Below the pieces are notes generated by a model. It ran no database searches, was not told the DNA's origin, and saw only the letters and a list, made by a program, of their open reading frames with translations. A program made the position numbers and the translations under genes. This document shows, piece by piece, positions 45,170 to 54,221 of a stretch of 64,000 bases of DNA; position 1 is the stretch's first letter; each line of letters begins with the position of its first letter. The DNA comes from Escherichia phage phiC120. The stretch lies in sequence record KY703222; one strand, 5' to 3'.

Positions 45170-47256
45170 TATCCTTGAACAAATTTAAACGGAACCGATT
45201 CCAAATCCATTAAAGATGCTAACAGTTTCAAACCTTTAGGTGCACTAGTTTTTTCTACAAATGAAGAGAATGATACCGGCTCATCTGATTCGATTTCACC
45301 CGTCATAGCAACCACTTCGCCTGTTTCCATGAGAACATCACCATCGTAAATGACAGCTTCGTCCAACTGGTCTGAGGACATGACTTCAGCTTGAATAAAT
45401 TTAAGGTTGGATTCTAAACCTGCACCAGTGTCAGATGACGCATCTGTAATTTTATTTATCTGCAAGAGAATGCCTCTAGGCAAAATAATTTCTTGCTCAT
45501 TAGGGTGATTACTCAACTGTCCTGGATAAATCACGTTAACTTTATGAGCGCCATCAATAGCCCATCCAACGTTAACACGGATTTGTTCTGGTGCATGCAT
45601 AGCTGTTCTTACTTGACTAGGAGAAATAGTAACACCTTCGTCATTATTGTCAATGTTAAGCTCTTTGCGAACTTCTTCAGGAGCAAGTCCAAGGGCAACG
45701 TTTTCTTTAAACCCGCCAAAAATAATAGGAGCTAATGAAGTAGAAACATAGTTTCTGAAGTAGAATACCTTATTTTTAACCATTGCTTCGTAAATAGGCA
45801 TTCTGATAGACTGAGCTCTATACAACGTTAATCCTTCAGGTAAACGGTCTCCATTTAAAAACGCCGAATCAAGACCATCAATAGCGCGTTTAACTTCATC
45901 TTCATCTGCAACATCATAAAAATCCGGTTTATAGCGACCTAACAACATATTATTGATATCGGTATACGCAGAAGAGGCATATTCACGAATAGCTCGTTTT
46001 TCAGCAACAGAGTATTGTTTAGGGTCCCGATTCATTGTTATATTAAAGGTGCCTCTAGCCGATTCTCGTGCATAAGTATACATCACATTAGACAAGAACG
46101 CTGATTTACGTTGTTTCCAAGTTTTTTCAGATACTTCAGCTAAAACGTCATCAGCCAGTTGGAAATTATCTCGTCTAAAATCTTCAAACCATTCGTCTCT
46201 AATAGAGTCTGCAATTTCGTTTGCAGCTTCAACAAAAGCAGCTAATGCTTTAACAGATGTTGTTTTTTCGGTTTTAATTTTCTTAGCAAACTTTTCTAAA
46301 GTCGGCTTAATAACACTACCATAAGAAACTTCATCAGCAAATCTAAAGGATTCATCAATACGATTATAAATCTTATTTTCGATATCAGCAACTAAAGTGC
46401 CTTTTGCTGTGGACGATGCTTGGGCTAGTACGATTTCATATGCTTCAGGAAGTAATTCGGCTGTAGCCGGGCCACTAACTTCTTTAGCAGAATTTTCGTA
46501 TTTCTGGAATAACTCACCTTCTTGTCGGTCAGCTTCTAAAGATTGGCTCGCGGCAATAGCGCGACGAGAAATTTTAGTACGAGCAATAACAGGCTTATCT
46601 TTACGTTTTTCTTCTACAGCAGCAATAGAACCAGCGATAGCCGTTTCTTTGGTGACTTTTTCGCCAGTCTTTTTACTCACATAAACTTCACCAACATCAG
46701 AATCTACTTTCGTGTACAACTCTGTGTTAATGTTAGGGATGCCTTTAATATCTTCAATGTTGGCATTTTTACGAACCATCATCACATATGTGTGTTTACC
46801 TGTGAATTGATACATTGCAGACAATACTTTAAAACGACCACCAGTTTTAGTAGAAACTAAACGAGCAAGAAGAGTTTGAAGTTGTTGTCCACGTCCTTTC
46901 AATTTCTTGGTAGGAAATCGGAACAGAACTGCATCCATACGAAGAGCTTTAACCTGTTCATACACTGTATTGAAAATGGTGTTGATTGCATCAATAGGAG
47001 CAGGACCAAGGCCATTTTTCAATTCAGCGAGATTACCCTTTTCAGATAGACTCATAATAACAACATGAGCGTATTTGTCGCCAAGTTTAACTTGTTTTAC
47101 AGCATCACCTTCGGAAAGGTAAGAGAATAAGCGAACTACAATGTTTGTATCGATATCACCAATTTTCCAGACTTGTGGAACTTTAGCTTTAGGGTTCAAA
47201 TTGACGACAGGAAGACTGCCTTCAGATTCAAACACTTCATTTAATTGTTCAGACAT
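45169..47256 (-). CDS. alt: ADP-ribosyltransferase Alt
   Basis: 695 aa; ART-type motifs (R...STS...E context FYFRNYVSTSL, EQEIILPRG). Confidence 0.88.
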   Translation of the reverse strand: MSEQLNEVFESEGSLPVVNLNPKAKVPQVWKIGDIDTNIVVRLFSYLSEGDAVKQVKLGDKYAHVVIMSLSEKGNLAELKNGLGPAPIDAINTIFNTVYEQVKALRMDAVLFRFPTKKLKGRGQQLQTLLARLVSTKTGGRFKVLSAMYQFTGKHTYVMMVRKNANIEDIKGIPNINTELYTKVDSDVGEVYVSKKTGEKVTKETAIAGSIAAVEEKRKDKPVIARTKISRRAIAASQSLEADRQEGELFQKYENSAKEVSGPATAELLPEAYEIVLAQASSTAKGTLVADIENKIYNRIDESFRFADEVSYGSVIKPTLEKFAKKIKTEKTTSVKALAAFVEAANEIADSIRDEWFEDFRRDNFQLADDVLAEVSEKTWKQRKSAFLSNVMYTYARESARGTFNITMNRDPKQYSVAEKRAIREYASSAYTDINNMLLGRYKPDFYDVADEDEVKRAIDGLDSAFLNGDRLPEGLTLYRAQSIRMPIYEAMVKNKVFYFRNYVSTSLAPIIFGGFKENVALGLAPEEVRKELNIDNNDEGVTISPSQVRTAMHAPEQIRVNVGWAIDGAHKVNVIYPGQLSNHPNEQEIILPRGILLQINKITDASSDTGAGLESNLKFIQAEVMSSDQLDEAVIYDGDVLMETGEVVAMTGEIESDEPVSFSSFVEKTSAPKGLKLLASLMDLESVPFKFVQG

Positions 47257-47296
47257 AGTGTTTTCCTTTTAGTAATAATTTATATTTATGCCAAAA

Positions 47297-47312
47297 AGAG
47301 CCCGAAGGCTCT
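47297..47312 (-). terminator. hairpin AGAGCC-TTCG-GGCTCT (minus strand) upstream of alt
   Basis: 6-bp stem with UUCG loop on the minus strand followed by a T-run, between the 62-aa ORF and alt. Confidence 0.55.
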
Positions 47313-47500
47313 TAATCCACAATCGGGAGCAAAGTACGATAAACTTCAAAATTAGGGCCTTTTTCGTACCCATTAACGTTATCTACGAAAACCCGATACG
47401 AATTTTCATTAGGAAAATCTAATATAATCTGAGAGCAAGAGGTGGAAACATCTCCACCATCCTTCTTAGCTACAATAACTGTTTCTAAATAAGCTTTCAT
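47312..47500 (-). CDS. hypothetical protein (62 aa) between DNA ligase and alt
   Basis: Start at MKAYLE in a TAATG overlap with the ligase stop. Confidence 0.5.
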   Translation of the reverse strand: MKAYLETVIVAKKDGGDVSTSCSQIILDFPNENSYRVFVDNVNGYEKGPNFEVYRTLLPIVD

Positions 47501-48993
47501 TATAAACCTGTCTGGGACCACGGTCCAAATACGTCTTCAAATGAATCCGCTTCTGTTTTATCAAAACGGAACCCTTTAATAATTGGAAGGAAAATACCTA
47601 CAGTGCCTTCACGTCCTTTAGAATGAACCCAACCATTGCATTCACAATCAGCAATACGTCCAATCAATTTACCTTCACGAGCTTCAGCCATTAATCGTTC
47701 ACGGTCTAAATCATGACGCTCATCTAAAGGAATAAGAACCTTTACACCATCAACTGTTTTATGAGTTGTATCTTTAAACCCTGAACCACAATCGGTTGTA
47801 ATACGACGACAACGTGATACGAGTTCGACACCACCTAATTTGTTAGGGTCTTTAGAGTGTTCATAATATCCCACAACTTCTAAAGCGATATCAATAACTT
47901 CTTTAAATTTAATTAGGTTCTTAGAGCGTTTGTTTTCCCAATATGAATCACGGTTTTTAAGGATAATACCTTCAAGACCTTGGTCAACATATTTTTTATA
48001 AACCACTTTAGCTTCGTCAAGATTACGAACTAACTGATTTTCAATTGGCTCAATTCGCTTAAAGCCTTCAGCCATATTTTCAAGAGCAGCAAAACGAACA
48101 TCGTATTTCTGACCTTTAATTTTGCCATCAGAATAGACTTCATCTAAAGGAACATAGTCCCAGGCTTGAAGAACCATACCTTCAGCTTCTTTAGGAGAAA
48201 TAGTCCCTTGAAGAGATTTATTTGCTAAACCGTTTGAAGTGCTACGGTCTGCAACTTGTACTTCTTCGGATTCTTCATTATCGCCAAATAAGAACGACAG
48301 GTCATTTCCTGAGCTCACAGCCTTTTTAATATCAAATGAATGATAAACTAATTCGCCGTCGATTAAAACCCCATTAGGGTGTCTTTCACGAGCTTCTTTA
48401 GTCATTTCCATTAGTTCATCTGCTAATAGGGTAAGACCATGGTATTCATTACCAGCACGAGAAAAGAATTGAACACCATCATCGCGAACTTCAGCGAAAC
48501 AACGAGCACCATCTGCTTTTAATTGAGCAAATGCAGGCCATTTAATATTTTTAGTAATCAATTTCTCGTCATATGCAGATGCTAACATCTGCGGTTGCAA
48601 TTGAATAAGTCCAGGCCATACCTTATTCGCGATAGACACTGAAGCACCTACTTCAAGGTCGCGCATCATTACACGACGTAGTACTTCAACATCATCAGGT
48701 TTACCGTCAGCGATATAACCCATGAGCTCTTTAATTGCAGCATTACCGGTGAGTTTACGAGTGGCTAATGTGAACTCAATAAAATCCAACATGTCATCTA
48801 ATTCAAGAAGACCATACGCTTGAGACCTTTCACCTGGTCCTGGCCATTTCTTAATATAATACTGGATACCACGTGCATATGTTAAACGATACACACGTTC
48901 AAGTAATTTGTTGTCCTTATTTTTCTTAAGGATTTCCTGTTTTGTTTTAGTAGAACCGATCGCAGCTATTTGGTTTAAAATATCTAAAATCAT
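47500..48993 (-). CDS. 30: ATP-dependent DNA ligase gp30
   Basis: 497 aa; ligase motif I KADGAR; matches recalled T4 DNA ligase. Confidence 0.95.
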   Translation of the reverse strand: MILDILNQIAAIGSTKTKQEILKKNKDNKLLERVYRLTYARGIQYYIKKWPGPGERSQAYGLLELDDMLDFIEFTLATRKLTGNAAIKELMGYIADGKPDDVEVLRRVMMRDLEVGASVSIANKVWPGLIQLQPQMLASAYDEKLITKNIKWPAFAQLKADGARCFAEVRDDGVQFFSRAGNEYHGLTLLADELMEMTKEARERHPNGVLIDGELVYHSFDIKKAVSSGNDLSFLFGDNEESEEVQVADRSTSNGLANKSLQGTISPKEAEGMVLQAWDYVPLDEVYSDGKIKGQKYDVRFAALENMAEGFKRIEPIENQLVRNLDEAKVVYKKYVDQGLEGIILKNRDSYWENKRSKNLIKFKEVIDIALEVVGYYEHSKDPNKLGGVELVSRCRRITTDCGSGFKDTTHKTVDGVKVLIPLDERHDLDRERLMAEAREGKLIGRIADCECNGWVHSKGREGTVGIFLPIIKGFRFDKTEADSFEDVFGPWSQTGL

Positions 48994-49259
48994 TTGATAT
49001 CCTCGATTTTGGTTACGGTTCTATTATAAGCCACTTCATCTAGAAGCGATTTCAGCGTTTTCTGATAAGTGGTAATCCGTTTACCGAGTCCTTCAACATA
49101 ATATTCTGAAATGTAGATAAACCCTTGTTCAACACACTCTTTAAATATTTCTGCGTCTTTTACTGAACGAAACATTGGCCAGTCTCGAAAGAACATGTTA
49201 ACGTGACCGTAGTCACGCGTTGTGTTTTTGCCATCTGTAATATCATGAACTACAAACAT
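48990..49259 (-). CDS. hypothetical protein (T4 30.1-like position)
   Basis: 89 aa ORF overlapping ligase start by 4 nt. Confidence 0.6.
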   Translation of the reverse strand: MFVVHDITDGKNTTRDYGHVNMFFRDWPMFRSVKDAEIFKECVEQGFIYISEYYVEGLGKRITTYQKTLKSLLDEVAYNRTVTKIEDIK

Positions 49260-49268
49260 AATTAACCC

Positions 49269-50093
49269 TTAACAATTTATAGACCAAGTCCATTTAGACG
49301 AATCTAAAGGAAAGTTTTGAATCGTCCACCATGGCTGCATATCGGTTGGTCCTGGGGTTCGCCAGGTATATGGAGTACGTGTTGTCGAGGGGCCACCAAT
49401 TTGATTAGGCCATGCACCTGGACTTGTTGCACCAGATTCTTTAAGCAAATCCGCCAATCGTTTTAAAAGGTCTTCACGATCTGAATCTGAATTATGCTCG
49501 GGTGGAACCAAACGAGATTCAATATCATCCCACGTGTGTACACGTTGTGCAGTACGAGGAATATCATCACGTTCACCACGGGCCAACCAATAAATCGGTA
49601 CATTAAGAATTTCTGCCGCATGGTCACAATGATGAGCTAAATCGTCAACATAACAAATCACGTTATATTTTGTTTTAGCTAGTTCGAATAATTGTTCTTT
49701 TGAAGAATCATGACCACACATCATTACTTCAGAGAAAGCGCCTGGGAACAAAGCGTTCAAATTAAATTGTCTATTCAATCGAGCATCAATTGAATCACCT
49801 AGCGCCGTCACGGCTACAAAATTATAGTCTTCTTTTAGTTTATTGATAACTCGAAGAGCATCTGAATAAGGCGCTAAGTAACGAATAAAATCAGAGCGAT
49901 TATATTTTTCTATTAATTGTTTACCGAGGTTATCGTCGGTATTGAATAGTTTACCAGGAGAAATAAATTTTTCGTCCTGAATCATTTTTAAAATATGTTC
50001 TAATGGAAGATTATATTTTTGGGCAAAATAAGGAAGTCCAGATTGCCAGCTTAAACATACACCATCAATATCAGTCAAAATAGTAGGCTTCAT
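49269..50093 (-). CDS. HAD-superfamily-like hydrolase (T4 30.2-like position)
   Basis: 274 aa; N-terminal DIDGV resembles HAD motif I (DxDxT/V). Confidence 0.6.
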   Translation of the reverse strand: MKPTILTDIDGVCLSWQSGLPYFAQKYNLPLEHILKMIQDEKFISPGKLFNTDDNLGKQLIEKYNRSDFIRYLAPYSDALRVINKLKEDYNFVAVTALGDSIDARLNRQFNLNALFPGAFSEVMMCGHDSSKEQLFELAKTKYNVICYVDDLAHHCDHAAEILNVPIYWLARGERDDIPRTAQRVHTWDDIESRLVPPEHNSDSDREDLLKRLADLLKESGATSPGAWPNQIGGPSTTRTPYTWRTPGPTDMQPWWTIQNFPLDSSKWTWSINC

Positions 50094-50557
50094 AAAGAGT
50101 CTCTTAATAGGTTTAACACATCGATAAATTCAGCTTCAGTTAGTATTGTATCATCTTTTGTTAGGTGGCTGGCCATGCTATGCTTCAAAATTTTTCCTTT
50201 AGAGGCTTGTAAGGCATCGCGAAACCCCTTGTTTTGGATCGCTGCTTCAAAATATGCATTTGTGTATAATTCTTTCCATGCTTCAGAGTATCTTGAAAAC
50301 GGAACTCCTAACCAGAAGAGAGTTCCACGGTCCTGAGCTCTTGCATAAGACCTTCCGGCTTGCTGTGCAACCAATCCAGATAACCCAAATATACGTCTTT
50401 GTTGTTCAACATTTTTCACCTTACATCCTTGGAGAAATCCTTCAAGACCTCCGAATTGAATACCATCCATAACAAAAGGCCATTGAGCAAAGTTACTTAG
50501 TGCACATGACGGCCACTTGAAATTGCTTCTTATCTCTAACTCAGACATCTTTAACAC
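50090..50557 (-). CDS. NADAR/YbiA-like domain protein (T4 30.3-like position)
   Basis: 155 aa; SNFAQWPF...GLEGFLQGCK resembles NADAR (DUF1768) motifs; assignment by recall only. Confidence 0.5.
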   Translation of the reverse strand: MLKMSELEIRSNFKWPSCALSNFAQWPFVMDGIQFGGLEGFLQGCKVKNVEQQRRIFGLSGLVAQQAGRSYARAQDRGTLFWLGVPFSRYSEAWKELYTNAYFEAAIQNKGFRDALQASKGKILKHSMASHLTKDDTILTEAEFIDVLNLLRDSL

Positions 50558-50759
50558 TTATAATTTCAACATCAGCCCAATGGCCGTATCCTGGTATACG
50601 GTCTTCGATAGATAAATTTCCGTCATTTTTAGGCATTTTAATTGACGTAACGTATGGTTCTAAACGGTTTTCTGCATAATATGGAAAAACGTCCGTCACA
50701 CGATAAGTAACTTCAATCATTTCTGTACCAAACAATTTCTGGATTAATTTTTTAAGCAT
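50541..50759 (-). CDS. hypothetical protein
   Basis: 72 aa ORF in the minus-strand 30.x series. Confidence 0.5.
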   Translation of the reverse strand: MLKKLIQKLFGTEMIEVTYRVTDVFPYYAENRLEPYVTSIKMPKNDGNLSIEDRIPGYGHWADVEIISVKDV

Positions 50760-50763
50760 TTTA

Positions 50764-51051
50764 TTAGAACCTCATCTGAAAGCCGTGTGATTTAACATTA
50801 CCGCCGCCAATATCAGAAATGTTAATTTCACTTGCAATCGAAGGATCGATGTCAATTTCACGATTAAGTTTAGTGATAGCTAAAGTATCATGTCCATTTA
50901 CTGTACGAAACTCCAAAGGACATACTACGTTGACATAGTGTTTAATTGACTCGCTAGTAGGTTGCAAATGGGCCGGAAGGTCTTTAGGTGCTTTAGAGAA
51001 AACAACTTCACAAAAGTTTTTGCGGGTATCAAAATAAGTGGTCATAAACAT
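50764..51051 (-). CDS. hypothetical protein
   Basis: 95 aa ORF in the minus-strand 30.x series. Confidence 0.5.
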   Translation of the reverse strand: MFMTTYFDTRKNFCEVVFSKAPKDLPAHLQPTSESIKHYVNVVCPLEFRTVNGHDTLAITKLNREIDIDPSIASEINISDIGGGNVKSHGFQMRF

Positions 51052-51090
51052 AATATTTTCCTCAATTGGGAGCCGAAGCTCCCAGTTAAA

Positions 51091-51456
51091 TTAGATATCG
51101 AATTCATTAAGAACTACATCAAAGATTGCTTCGAGATGTTCAGGTTTAGCTCGGTTACTCAGGATATGACGAATCCAAGTTTTAACCAAAAGTTTACGAT
51201 TGACACCGTTCCAGCAAGGATGAGTACCTAAATCACGCTGACGGAAATCATCATCTAATGCAATTTTGAAGTTGGAACCTTCCATCGTGATTGAAACCGT
51301 GATGCCATTTTCAAATCGCATATAAACGTAATTAGGAGTCATGCACTGTTCGATTTCACAAACTGTACCGTTTTTGTGTTTCCATAAGCAAATAACTTCA
51401 GAAGAACCAGCGATACCGTTAGAAACATATTTACGTTCGAAGTTGATGTAGTTCAT
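51091..51456 (-). CDS. hypothetical protein (T4 30.7-like)
   Basis: 121 aa ORF with its own early-type promoter. Confidence 0.6.
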   Translation of the reverse strand: MNYINFERKYVSNGIAGSSEVICLWKHKNGTVCEIEQCMTPNYVYMRFENGITVSITMEGSNFKIALDDDFRQRDLGTHPCWNGVNRKLLVKTWIRHILSNRAKPEHLEAIFDVVLNEFDI

Positions 51457-51497
51457 TTTATTCTCCAGATGTTTAAGTTGTTTGTTGGTACAGGTCT

Positions 51498-51526
51498 ATA
51501 ATAACATAACCTGTACCAAAGTAAAC
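51498..51526 (-). promoter_or_regulatory. early promoter GTTTACT-N16-TATTAT inside a 10-bp palindrome
   Basis: Minus-strand GTTTACT and TATTAT; perfect inverted repeat TTGGTACAGG/CCTGTACCAA (51485-51494, 51510-51519) brackets the -10. Confidence 0.5.
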
Positions 51527-51530
51527 TGTT

Positions 51531-51899
51531 TTATGCAACTTTAATCCAATTGTCTAAATTTAAAACACCTTTGGCTTTCATTTTTTCGATCAGGTTATCT
51601 GCTGTAATGCGTCCATTTTGATACCATGTAACATCTTCAGAGTAACCAGTTTCTTCGTCAACATATGTTTCTGAACGAATTTTACCTGTAATAATAGTTT
51701 TTAATTCGTATGTGTCACCTGTGAAAAAGTTTGCTAACACAATTTTCCAAGAGAAATCATTTGAAGGACCTTCAGGAGTTGTACAACCTACGATCTCAAA
51801 TTGCTCTTTGTATAACATCCACTGGAATTCTTTAATTTCGATAGCTTTATAACCGTCGTGGTCTTTACATTTGATGTATGAGTTCAGATTGATTTTCAT
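51531..51899 (-). CDS. hypothetical protein (T4 30.8-like)
   Basis: 122 aa ORF with GGAG SD and early-type promoter. Confidence 0.6.
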   Translation of the reverse strand: MKINLNSYIKCKDHDGYKAIEIKEFQWMLYKEQFEIVGCTTPEGPSNDFSWKIVLANFFTGDTYELKTIITGKIRSETYVDEETGYSEDVTWYQNGRITADNLIEKMKAKGVLNLDNWIKVA

Positions 51900-51941
51900 T
51901 TTGTTCTCCAGTTTGTTTTATTGATTAGGTGGTACAAGTCT

Positions 51942-51970
51942 ATAGTAACACATCCTACAGGAGAGTAAAC
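51942..51970 (-). promoter_or_regulatory. early promoter GTTTACT-N16-TACTAT
   Basis: Minus-strand GTTTACT, TGTGT, TACTAT about 45 nt upstream of the 30.8-like ORF. Confidence 0.5.
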
Positions 51971-52006
51971 ATCTTTTTAAACTTTTTCTGCCCTAAACGC
52001 ACAAAA

Positions 52007-52024
52007 GGGAGACCGAAGTCTCCC
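52007..52024 (-). terminator. hairpin GGGAGAC-TTCG-GTCTCCC (minus strand) after the 30.9-like ORF
   Basis: Exact reverse complement of the 9840 and 29187 hairpins, 5 nt downstream of the small ORF stop. Confidence 0.7.
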
Positions 52025-52029
52025 TAAAA

Positions 52030-52206
52030 TTATGCAACAACCTTTCCAAAACGAGAAGCATCATCTCGAAGAACTGCACGTGCTCTGCGCATGATCTTCT
52101 CAACTGTTTGATTAATACGAGAGTTCGACCCACGCTTGTATCCAGCGCGTTTAGAATCACCGACTTTCTTTTCAACTGCTTTCTTTGCTTTAGTTTGTTT
52201 TGCCAT
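52030..52206 (-). CDS. small basic protein (58 aa; T4 30.9-like position)
   Basis: Below track threshold; translated manually (MAKQTKAKKAVEKKVGDSKRAGYKRG...); Lys/Arg-rich; terminated by a strong hairpin. Confidence 0.5.
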   Translation of the reverse strand: MAKQTKAKKAVEKKVGDSKRAGYKRGSNSRINQTVEKIMRRARAVLRDDASRFGKVVA

Positions 52207-52578
52207 TATAAATTCTCTTTAAATGAAAATGCAGGACTTATTGACATTGCCTGCTCAAGCCCTCAAGGGGAACATAGGTTTTTGGATATTTAACGACCAG
52301 GATAACCATAAACCCGTCATCATACCTTATAGCTCTTATCTGTTGCACACCGTTAGCTTAAAGGTTCCGGGTTCGATTTCTCGAGGATAAGATATATACT
52401 GATGGATATATAGGCCTTGAGGCGTACTCCCGATTAGCCATCACCTCGGGGTAGCATGCACTTACCGCTATAAGAACAACATTCAAGAGGTACACCGTAA
52501 AATTGTCGGGGCGGTACTTCTAAAACATACCGATTCGCAAATCGATAATCAGACAATTCGACGGCTCCTCGATTTAAC

Positions 52579-52827
52579 TTACTTCAGGGTAATAACAAAA
52601 TGACGAACTGCTTTACGAGCTGCTGAAGCCAGAGGCTTAGCATATTTCAATTCATCTTTCTGAGCCAGTACATCACGAAGATCGGCCTGTGCTGGATTCA
52701 GATGTTTGAAATACTGTAAGATTTCCAGTGCTTCGGCTTCAACATCAATTGACGCACCGTAGTTTTCGTGACCATTATTCCATGCATGGCGTTGCAGTTC
52801 AAGAGCGTGTTGTAATTGTTTAATCAT
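52579..52827 (-). CDS. rIII: rIII lysis inhibition accessory protein
   Basis: 82 aa; N-terminus MIKQLQHALELQR matches recalled T4 RIII. Confidence 0.85.
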   Translation of the reverse strand: MIKQLQHALELQRHAWNNGHENYGASIDVEAEALEILQYFKHLNPAQADLRDVLAQKDELKYAKPLASAARKAVRHFVITLK

Positions 52828-52943
52828 TTTAAATTCTCAATTCGAGATAATATTTAGTAGCCACGTTCGTCTGAATTTCACCTTCTTTCGACAAGTCTCT
52901 CAGTTGTAGGCTACCGCTTAGAAGAGTGTTCTCTTCATATAGT

Positions 52944-52951
52944 TATTTATA
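52944..52951 (-). promoter_or_regulatory. late promoter TATAAATA (minus strand) upstream of rIII
   Basis: Plus-strand TATTTATA immediately downstream of gene 31 stop. Confidence 0.5.
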
Positions 52952-53284
52952 TCACTTATAAAGACACGGAATAGCTTTATAGTGGCATGTTACGAATTTC
53001 TGTTTAATTTCTTTAGGTTGTTTAAGACCTAAAGCCACAAATGGATGTGGAACATTTCGAATTTGTCCAACTGGTAGTGGAGTCAAATCACCGGCTTCAA
53101 CAAAACCTTCAGGAACATCAGGACCTACAGAATGAACTACACATAGTTCAGGAACTTCACCTTGAACACGTTTACCAATCACAAGTCCTGATTCGGTAAC
53201 TTCTTCATCACCTGCTTGAGCGGGTTCAGAAACCAGAATGACATATTCACCAACAGCACGAATTGGGAGTTGTACTTCAGACAT
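52952..53284 (-). CDS. 31: head assembly co-chaperonin gp31 (GroES-like)
   Basis: 110 aa; near-identical to recalled T4 gp31. Confidence 0.92.
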   Translation of the reverse strand: MSEVQLPIRAVGEYVILVSEPAQAGDEEVTESGLVIGKRVQGEVPELCVVHSVGPDVPEGFVEAGDLTPLPVGQIRNVPHPFVALGLKQPKEIKQKFVTCHYKAIPCLYK

Positions 53285-53314
53285 CTTATTTCCTTGTTGT
53301 TTGACGATAGATTA

Positions 53315-53339
53315 ATAATACCATACTATTCGTAAAGCA
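53315..53339 (-). promoter_or_regulatory. candidate MotA-dependent middle promoter for gene 31
   Basis: Minus-strand ATGCTTTAC (MotA box), 12 nt, TATTAT. Confidence 0.45.
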
Positions 53340-53341
53340 TA

Positions 53342-53650
53342 TTACATAAGAAGCAAACGTTCGACCGGAGTACCATCAACCGAAATTACTTTATCAAGGC
53401 GGAAAGAACGCCACTGACCTAACTCGGTATCGAATGCTCGAACTGATTCACGAGGTTCAGAACGAACTTCTGTTGATGGGTTACTATTTTCATATTTGAC
53501 TTCAAGTTCATCGCGCGAAGCAAACATAGTGCGTACATCACCGTTAGCCTTTTCAAATACAACACAATGAACGCCTACAGACAGAATAGTTTTAATACGT
53601 TCACGAAGAACCATAGTTTCTTGTTCAGTTAAAATCATATTATTCACCAC
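53342..53650 (-). CDS. hypothetical protein (T4 31.1-like)
   Basis: 102 aa ORF between cd and gene 31. Confidence 0.6.
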   Translation of the reverse strand: MVNNMILTEQETMVLRERIKTILSVGVHCVVFEKANGDVRTMFASRDELEVKYENSNPSTEVRSEPRESVRAFDTELGQWRSFRLDKVISVDGTPVERLLLM

Positions 53651-54221
53651 AAAAGTTTCGGATTTGTTCCCAATTCAGAGAACGAAGATTATTACGAGAG
53701 TACTGAATTACTTCAATACCAGCTTGTTTTAGAATATCTGCCCAATTTTCAGGAGATCGGTCGTATAATTCTGCGTATACGACCTTTTTAATACCTGACT
53801 GCGTAATAGCTTTAGTACAATCAGGACATGGAGAAAGCGTCGTATATAACGTAGCACCTTCAATAGAATTACCTTTACGAGCTGCAAACAAAATTGCATT
53901 CAATTCTGCATGGATTTCATTATTAGCAGACCATGCACTATGAGCAGCTCGATGTTCTTTGGCTAAAACAAAATTATCTACTCGTCCAAATGCTGTAGTG
54001 CCTTCTTTATGTCCAGCAACGATGACTGGGATTGGTTTATTCTTCAACCAACCATTTTCAGATGCATGTTCGCAACAGTTAACGCCACCTGCAGGTGAAC
54101 CGTTATATCCAGTAGAGATAATGCGTCCATCTTTTTCAATGACGGCACCAACTTTCCATGAACAACATTTTGATTCTTGAGAAATCAGATATGCAATCTG
54201 AAGGTATGTGCTAGCTTTCAT
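53640..54221 (-). CDS. cd: dCMP deaminase Cd
   Basis: 193 aa; cytidine/dCMP deaminase zinc motifs HAE and PCPDC. Confidence 0.93.
   Translation of the reverse strand: MKASTYLQIAYLISQESKCCSWKVGAVIEKDGRIISTGYNGSPAGGVNCCEHASENGWLKNKPIPVIVAGHKEGTTAFGRVDNFVLAKEHRAAHSAWSANNEIHAELNAILFAARKGNSIEGATLYTTLSPCPDCTKAITQSGIKKVVYAELYDRSPENWADILKQAGIEVIQYSRNNLRSLNWEQIRNFCGE

Noticed and set aside
47270-47280. Possible late promoter upstream of alt (TATAAATT-like)
   Set aside because: Only 7 of 8 matches to TATAAATA; not listed as a feature.
51993-52175. Track ORF of 60 aa on the minus strand
   Set aside because: Overlaps the Lys/Arg-rich 58-aa ORF (52030-52206) in another frame and runs through the terminator hairpin; the basic ORF with the clean terminator is preferred, though this is a judgement call.
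52223-52396. 57-aa plus-strand ORF inside the rIII / 30.9 non-coding gap
   Set aside because: No Shine-Dalgarno sequence, opposite orientation to every neighbouring gene, and unconvincing protein composition; left as an open possibility in the findings.
52330-52400. Possible tRNA suggested by a GGTTCGATT T-loop-like motif
   Set aside because: Flanking sequence does not form a 5-bp T-stem on either strand, and no acceptor or anticodon arm could be built by hand; not called as tRNA.
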